Both the position numbers and the translations under genes were made by a program. The notes below the pieces were generated by a model. The model made no database searches. It was not told the DNA's origin and saw only the letters and a program-made list of their open reading frames with translations. This document shows positions 59,601-64,000 of a DNA stretch of 64,000 nucleotides, piece by piece. The stretch spans positions 3,379-67,378 of the forward strand of contig JAFGWG010000050.1 in NCBI GenBank assembly GCA_016937255.1, given 5' to 3'. Source of the DNA: Bacteroidales bacterium (GTDB lineage Bacteria > Bacteroidota > Bacteroidia > Bacteroidales > DTU049). Position 1 is the first letter of the stretch; each line of letters begins with the position of its first letter.

Positions 59601-60298
59601 CTTAGCGTGCGGTATAGCCCGCTAATCATTAAAATAAAGGAGAGAAATATTAGAATAAAAACTATTGTTTCTTCTGTGGTTGTGTTTTTCTTGGTGTCGG
59701 GTCGAAGGCTTAAACTAAATGTATTTTGACCATCAGGAAGGGTAACATTACTTACTATAGAGTCATTTTCTCCTGCTATTATATATTGGTTTCCGGTAAA
59801 TACATCAGGGTTGAATTTTTGAGGCAGGTATTCGTTTTGATACTGAAATTTCTGTTGGATCAATAAGAGTACTATAATTTGATATTTTCCTGAAACTTCA
59901 GTTCGGGTATAATAATAGCCATTTCCGTTAAAGATCATGCAGCGATCGAGATCTTGCGCCAAATAAGGAACAGGCGTTTGCTCATTGCTCCAAAAAACGA
60001 GAGAATCGTGTTCAAAAACGAATAAACTTACTTGATCTGAATCCAGCTCAATTAATAAAGAATCATTGCTGAAAAACGCTGCTGGAGTTTTTGTAATTCC
60101 GGAACTAAGTACATTTTGCATTAATGAATCGAGCGAAACTGAAAGCTCTTTCAGATTTTGGCTCATCTTTTCTGCATCGCGTTCGCAGTTGTACTTTCTG
60201 CCCGAGGCAATATGAACGGCAAGGTAGAATACACCAACTGCCAGCAATATCATGATCTGGAAAATAATCTTTCGCCCGGCAGAATTCCTTGCTTTCAT
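56624..60298 (-). CDS. Large multi-TM sensor histidine kinase (HAMP + HisKA, NtrY-like)
   Basis: KDEIGELV HAMP, AWREMAKQVAHEIKNPLTPM, NLFKNA, DNGSG and FTTKSSGTGLGL motifs. Confidence 0.92.
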   Translation of the reverse strand: MKARNSAGRKIIFQIMILLAVGVFYLAVHIASGRKYNCERDAEKMSQNLKELSVSLDSLMQNVLSSGITKTPAAFFSNDSLLIELDSDQVSLFVFEHDSLVFWSNEQTPVPYLAQDLDRCMIFNGNGYYYTRTEVSGKYQIIVLLLIQQKFQYQNEYLPQKFNPDVFTGNQYIIAGENDSIVSNVTLPDGQNTFSLSLRPDTKKNTTTEETIVFILIFLSFILMISGLYRTLSFYRWFRTLKIWRWLVLTTIPILFFYLSDYLINLNVFSHLSINNPELFALSERFNNLFSLLIFLFWALILLIFMVREFLLISGLKRKSILLRQILLIFSNIATVLLSCLSLQFLDDILFNSSISLVFNDIFTVNESFLYVFLILFLIFASIILLHYVTIVLLLRMKISFRAWGIYVLISVLILLILTFIIQYKASIVFGIFAYIVLMQFVFTRKLKKSKALYIFIHIFFISAFSTIIINDINFRKQTENLNLLTLKLATEQDPLAEDIYDDVKPEIESDTVLLNKILEDDPEFSISEYLKSTHFSGYLSQYLIQTTLCREDEDLIVQPANEVVSCLSFFEELALIRGIPTLASDLYFIDDGTGRGNYLAILTLGDSINTRYLFIELIPPSYETGLGYPDLLVDKDSRTRTIPSNMSYARYLNGELINHYGKYRYSTVITNEMAVINDGEFIQSNGYIHLKTKLSDNLFLVLTVRDRNFMDKIAPFTYLFIIFTLFTAIFLLLSGRLWNIKLRWKNTFSSRLRWMVLFVMVLSFFVAGIIAMFNMNSLNSNKNSENISEKAHSLLIELENKLKKYDSLRKDDQEYLSSLMLKFSGVFFTDINVYGLDGDLIATSRAQIFYKNLISSYMNPIAYTSLAHEHNSFFSQTEFIGKMAYTSAYVPVRNINNKVIAYLNLPYFAREEELSREISLFMTTFINIYLIMILLTIMITVIISNYVTHPLRMIKEKLRTIKLGSVNEKIAWKKKDEIGELVFEYNRMIDELAEKAELLARNEREMAWREMAKQVAHEIKNPLTPMKLSTQYLERAWQDGSEDFDERLKRFTSTMIEQINNLSEIASEFSNFGKMPESKVEKICINDIISGVITLFRSEDNDIVFEQPDEALYIMGDESRILRVFNNLFKNAQQAFVADRRGKISVQLSRIDNRIQISVSDNGSGVPEDVKRRIFQPNFTTKSSGTGLGLAMVKNILTEMGGSISFESKAGEGTTFFIELPLV

Positions 60299-60351
60299 GG
60301 AATGAATTTAGTTCTGCTAAAATACGAAATTATTTTTGTGGACGTGGAAAG

Positions 60352-60458
60352 GAGACGCGGATTATCGCGGTCTCTTAACTAATACGGATTTACGCCGATG
60401 CACGGGTAGAACCTTCAAGGTATGTGCAGTGGCTGGCGTATGGATATCCTTGAAGGTT
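60352..60458. repeat. REP-like inverted repeats in a divergent spacer
   Basis: GAGACGCG-GATTAT-CGCG-G-TCTC (60352..60374, one bulge); AACCTTCAAGG (60410..60420) / CCTTGAAGGTT (60448..60458), a perfect 11-bp inverted repeat. Confidence 0.6.
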
Positions 60459-60530
60459 TGCCGGGAGGCATGATAGTTTTGCAAAACATAATTTATTGCG
60501 TATTTTTGAGTTTATTATTCTAAAGGGTTA

Positions 60531-61247
60531 TTGATGAGGATATTGGTTGTATTTCTTTTGTTGTTATTTCTGACGGGGTTTGTCCATGGCCAAAATATAG
60601 TGTATGGTGGGTATAAGAAATGTTTAGTTTACTCACAGGCGTTTAATCCTGATTCTTCGGTTGCTGTTGATAGATGGTTAATTCAGGAGAATAAATACGA
60701 CAAACATGGTAACATAATAAAGGGAAAAAACTATCATTTATCAAGTCAACCAAAAGTTTCCACAAGGAAAAAGTTCTTGTATAATCAATTTGGCTATATA
60801 ATAGAAGAAAGATATGAATCAAAGAAAAGAAAGAATACAGTGTTTCACACAATTATAGTAAATGATAACGGGTTAATTATTCGGGATAGTGTAAACAACT
60901 TAGCATTCAATTATCCATTTGTTGATAGCCTTATTTATAATGATGCACAAAAATTGATTCTTTTGACTAGAATTGATTCCGCTGGTACTATTTTTCATCA
61001 GGAGGAATATTCATATAGTGAAGAGGGGCTTATGGATACAATATGGTCGAGATCCCGATCGGGTGAAATTGTTAGTATTACTTTTTTTTATGATGCAAGT
61101 GGCTTAATTAGTCGCAAAGAAGAATATGATTCGGATCTCATGTTAAGTGCTATTGAATCTTATGATCAATTTGGAAATATTATTAGTATTAAAATATTAG
61201 ATGGATTTGGGAGATTAAAAACGCTTATTGAGTATGAATATTATTGA
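60531..61247 (+). CDS. Hypothetical exported protein with YD/RHS-like repeats
   Basis: Signal peptide; YDKHGN, YNQFG, YSEEG, YDASG and YDQFGN repeats; ends IEYEYY. Confidence 0.65.
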   Translation: MMRILVVFLLLLFLTGFVHGQNIVYGGYKKCLVYSQAFNPDSSVAVDRWLIQENKYDKHGNIIKGKNYHLSSQPKVSTRKKFLYNQFGYIIEERYESKKRKNTVFHTIIVNDNGLIIRDSVNNLAFNYPFVDSLIYNDAQKLILLTRIDSAGTIFHQEEYSYSEEGLMDTIWSRSRSGEIVSITFFYDASGLISRKEEYDSDLMLSAIESYDQFGNIISIKILDGFGRLKTLIEYEYY

Positions 61248-61307
61248 CATTTACGATGAATAGCAGGTACTTCCCAAATAAAACTATTCTTCTCCGCGTT
61301 AATCCGC

Positions 61308-61345
61308 TTCTCAACTCTAAGTTCTAATTTCTCAACTCTTATCTC
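61308..61345. repeat. Imperfect 7-mer tandem repeat
   Basis: TTCTCAA-CTCTAAG-TTCTAAT-TTCTCAA-CTCTTAT; exact 11-mer at 61308 and 61329. Confidence 0.55.
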
Positions 61346-62057
61346 ACATTCGCTCAATCCGCTTCATAAACTCATCTTTATAGCTTCTGCCCAGCGGTAT
61401 GGCTTCTTCTCCAATGATAATGGCCTGTTCTTTCATGTTGATATGTTCCACAGCATCCAACCGAACTGCATATTGACGGTGGGTTTGAATGAAGCCTGAA
61501 GGCAATTGCTGCATAAGTTTAAGTAGGGAAGTGCGCAGCGACACTTTGCGACCGTCTTTCAGGGTTAAATCGCAGTAATTGGAGTCGGCGGCATTGATGA
61601 AAAGAATATCTGAAACCTCTATTTTGCTAAGTTTATCGCCGATTTTGGTATAAAAAACGTCTTTAGTGTCTTGCTCTTCGGTTTTTTCAGTCTTTTTCTG
61701 ACGCAAAGCCAACTCAATAGCTGCCAGCAGGTCTCCTTTTTGTATCGGTTTAGTAAGGTAGGTTACAGGATTACAGTCAGCGGCTTCGCCAATGGTTTCT
61801 TTGTCCTGGAATGAAGAGGTGAAAATAAACGGAATATCTAAATTTTCATTGAGTTGTTTTCCAATGGTAATTCCATTGTTTTTTCCGGGTAAGGCAATAT
61901 CGAGTAGCACCAGATCAGCATCGCTGACTTTAATTTTATCAAAGGCTTCATCAGCGTTGCCGGAATGACCTACAACCTCGTGTTCCAACTCTTCGAGCAA
62001 TATGAGGAGTTTTTCCAGAATGATTTCTTCGTCTTCAACTATAAATATGCGTGCCAT
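61344..62057 (-). CDS. LytR/AlgR (LytTR) response regulator
   Basis: IFIVEDE, VLLDI, YLTKP, FIQTHRQY and IPLGRSYK motifs; start reassigned to the ATG at 62057, with a TACATTTG -7 box at 62072..62079. Confidence 0.92.
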   Translation of the reverse strand: MARIFIVEDEEIILEKLLILLEELEHEVVGHSGNADEAFDKIKVSDADLVLLDIALPGKNNGITIGKQLNENLDIPFIFTSSFQDKETIGEAADCNPVTYLTKPIQKGDLLAAIELALRQKKTEKTEEQDTKDVFYTKIGDKLSKIEVSDILFINAADSNYCDLTLKDGRKVSLRTSLLKLMQQLPSGFIQTHRQYAVRLDAVEHINMKEQAIIIGEEAIPLGRSYKDEFMKRIERM

Positions 62058-62244
62058 GTATTGCGTTTGTACAAATGTAGGGAAATTTATGTAATTCTGA
62101 TGCTCCCACAGAGGCCACGGAGCACTTAGAATTAAAAACACAAAGTTGGCTTTCGCACATGATTTTCTTTGATTTTTTTGTGATTTTGCCCCCGTAAAAA
62201 TGATTAGTTTTTAGTCGGCATGGCATATAGAAGAAATAAGCCAA

Positions 62245-62283
62245 ACTTTTTACTTTTTTACCTTTTTACCTTTTTACTTTTTC
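62245..62283. repeat. Imperfect 8-mer tandem repeat (TTTTTACC-like)
   Basis: ACTTTTT-ACTTTTTT-ACCTTTTT-ACCTTTTT-ACTTTTTC. Confidence 0.6.
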
Positions 62284-62339
62284 AATTTAACTTCAAAAAT
62301 ATGCCTCTGTCTTCGACAGGCTCAGACTGACAGCATGTT

Positions 62340-63998
62340 TTATTTTGCAAAATACAGATGAAACATTGAACCTTTTCCTGGCTTACTTTCCACCGAAATT
62401 CTTCCCCCCGATAATTCCACAAAAGTCTTTACCAAGCCTAGCCCAACTCCGGAACCTTTTTCTCCACGTGTACCGCGTTGCGATTTAACAGTTTCGGAGC
62501 TAAAAAGGCTGTTTTTGGTTTCTTCGTCCATGCCGGTTCCGGTATCTGAAATTGAAAGCTTAAATCCTGTTGCTCCACACTCCAAACCCACACTGATTAG
62601 GCCTTGTTCGGTAAATTTATTGGCATTGGCCAGCAGGTTTCGCACAATGATATTGAATGCGCCTTTGTCCATGTTTAATACCAGTTCTGGATCAATATTA
62701 TTTTCAAAATCATTGTTCTTAAGCTTGCGGATATCACTCAGATTTTCTATCAGACTATTGCATTCTTCAAATGGACTAAATTCTATAGGCTCAAGTTTGT
62801 ACCCGTTGAGCTGCAGAACTGCCCAATTCAGAATATTATCTAATTGACTACTATAGGAAATAGCAGAAATTTCAAGGTTTTCGCTAATGGCATTTACTTT
62901 GTCGAAGTTCTCTTTTTTCAAATGATGTCGTATCACCATGCCCGCATCCTGAAAAACACCCGAATATCCACGCAAATCGTGAGAAATCATGGCAAAAAGC
63001 CTGTTTTTTACATTGTTTAGAGCTTCCAACTCATGTCTTTGCTTTCTGATTTTATGAATAATTAAAACTGTGGCCACCAGTACGATCAGTAGCATAACAG
63101 CAAAAGCTGCCATCATATTTCTTTGCTGATTTTTTCGGCGAATAATATCCTCTTTTAATTCTGATTCAGTATTTAGCCGGCTGATTTCATCTTCCTTTTT
63201 TTCGGTTTCATAAATGGTTTCCATCTCCTCTACAATTCTCGTAGATTCAAGAGAATACAACGAGTCGCCAAGTTCGTCATATAGCTCTTTATACTCCAAT
63301 GCTTTTTTGTAGTCACCAATGCTTTTGTAGTAACGGAACATTTTGCCGGTATTGTGCTCAATCAATGGTATTGAGTTTGTTCCCAGTGAAATATTATATC
63401 CTTTTTCTAGGTGTTGAAAGGCTTCTGTATTGCGTCCCGATTTGAAATAAATATCGGAAATATTGATAATGGCTTTTGCATAATTAACGGAGTCACCCAG
63501 TTCCAGAAAAACTTCAGCTGCCATATCAAAATGCTCAATGGATTTCTCAACTTTACCCTGCTGAAAATATACCAAACCCAGATTATTGTAGCGTTTGGCA
63601 GCGTTGAGATGAAATCCGTTTTTTTTGTCCATTTCAAGTGCCTGTGATATGAATTCTTCCGCAAGTTCATATTTCCCCTGCTGAAAATAACTCATGCCAA
63701 TATTATTGTAGCAGATGGCACTGCGTTCTTTTAGCCCTTTCTTTAAGCTATATGCAAGTGCTTTTTTATAGTATTCAATTCCGGTGTCGTATTTCCCCCA
63801 ACTTGTGTATATGAATCCGAGATTATTAAGGTCTTTTGCAAGATTAATGGTGTCTTTTAGCTCCGTATTGAAGTTTAAGGCAGTTTCAAGATCGGCAATG
63901 GCTTTGCTCATATCTCCCATGCCATAATACACAAAACTGCGATTGCTGTATAGCATTGAAAGCAGGGAACGATCATTGAGGTGCCGAGCTAAATAAAG
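62340..63998 (-). CDS. TPR-containing sensor histidine kinase, 5'-truncated by the window edge
   Basis: Frame is open to the window end; TPRs (NNLGFIY, NNIGMSY, NNLGLVY), TM, ISHDLRG, NLLANANKF, DTGTGM and GEKGSGVGL motifs. Confidence 0.9.
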   Translation of the reverse strand, partial: LYLARHLNDRSLLSMLYSNRSFVYYGMGDMSKAIADLETALNFNTELKDTINLAKDLNNLGFIYTSWGKYDTGIEYYKKALAYSLKKGLKERSAICYNNIGMSYFQQGKYELAEEFISQALEMDKKNGFHLNAAKRYNNLGLVYFQQGKVEKSIEHFDMAAEVFLELGDSVNYAKAIINISDIYFKSGRNTEAFQHLEKGYNISLGTNSIPLIEHNTGKMFRYYKSIGDYKKALEYKELYDELGDSLYSLESTRIVEEMETIYETEKKEDEISRLNTESELKEDIIRRKNQQRNMMAAFAVMLLIVLVATVLIIHKIRKQRHELEALNNVKNRLFAMISHDLRGYSGVFQDAGMVIRHHLKKENFDKVNAISENLEISAISYSSQLDNILNWAVLQLNGYKLEPIEFSPFEECNSLIENLSDIRKLKNNDFENNIDPELVLNMDKGAFNIIVRNLLANANKFTEQGLISVGLECGATGFKLSISDTGTGMDEETKNSLFSSETVKSQRGTRGEKGSGVGLGLVKTFVELSGGRISVESKPGKGSMFHLYFAK

Positions 63999-64000
63999 AC

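Noticed and set aside
60296-60310. Fourth copy of the GGAATGAATTCC palindrome (CATGGAATGAATTTA)
   Set aside because: The right arm is missing, so no hairpin forms; it overlaps the kinase start and is plausibly chance.
1159-61247. Stop-codon recoding or selenocysteine at TGA-ending ORFs
   Set aside because: TGA stops fall at natural domain ends; no split genes or frameshifted pairs were evident.
1-64000. CRISPR array, cas genes, prophage, integron, rRNA, retron/RT or known defence system
   Set aside because: No regularly spaced repeat-spacer run and no recognisable motifs for these in any long ORF.

Overview
AT-rich chromosomal window from a Bacteroidota genome (probably Bacteroidales-like). 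Evidence: TAnnTTTG -7 promoter boxes, six cargo proteins with T9SS type-A C-terminal sorting domains, a FeoA-FeoB fusion, a DUF2723 protein and a tRNA-Gln-rimP-nusA-infB locus. Most of the window is housekeeping (dacB, ilvE, ftsB-like, ppa, rmuC, xth, tex, infB, nusA, rimP, deoC, feoB) interleaved with secreted proteins and TPR-type sensors. I saw no CRISPR array, prophage, rRNA or recognisable defence system. Four things stand out. (1) A translationally overlapping pair of ~1000-1150 aa paralogs fuses receiver domains, a DUF5752-like helical domain, a PEP-synthase/PPDK-type ATP-grasp domain and a His-bearing C-terminal domain, with no PEP/pyruvate barrel; this looks like a signal-controlled dikinase of unknown substrate and lies next to ppa. 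(2) A TnpB-less IS200/IS605 HUH transposase is flanked by three palindromes with an invariant GGAATGAATTCC core and covarying outer stems (REP/RAYT-like). (3) Several intergenic spacers contain imperfect 7-9-mer tandem repeats and REP-like hairpins. (4) TPR sensors recur directly upstream of T9SS cargo genes, one with a candidate operator. All family assignments come from motif recognition by eye; no searches were run.
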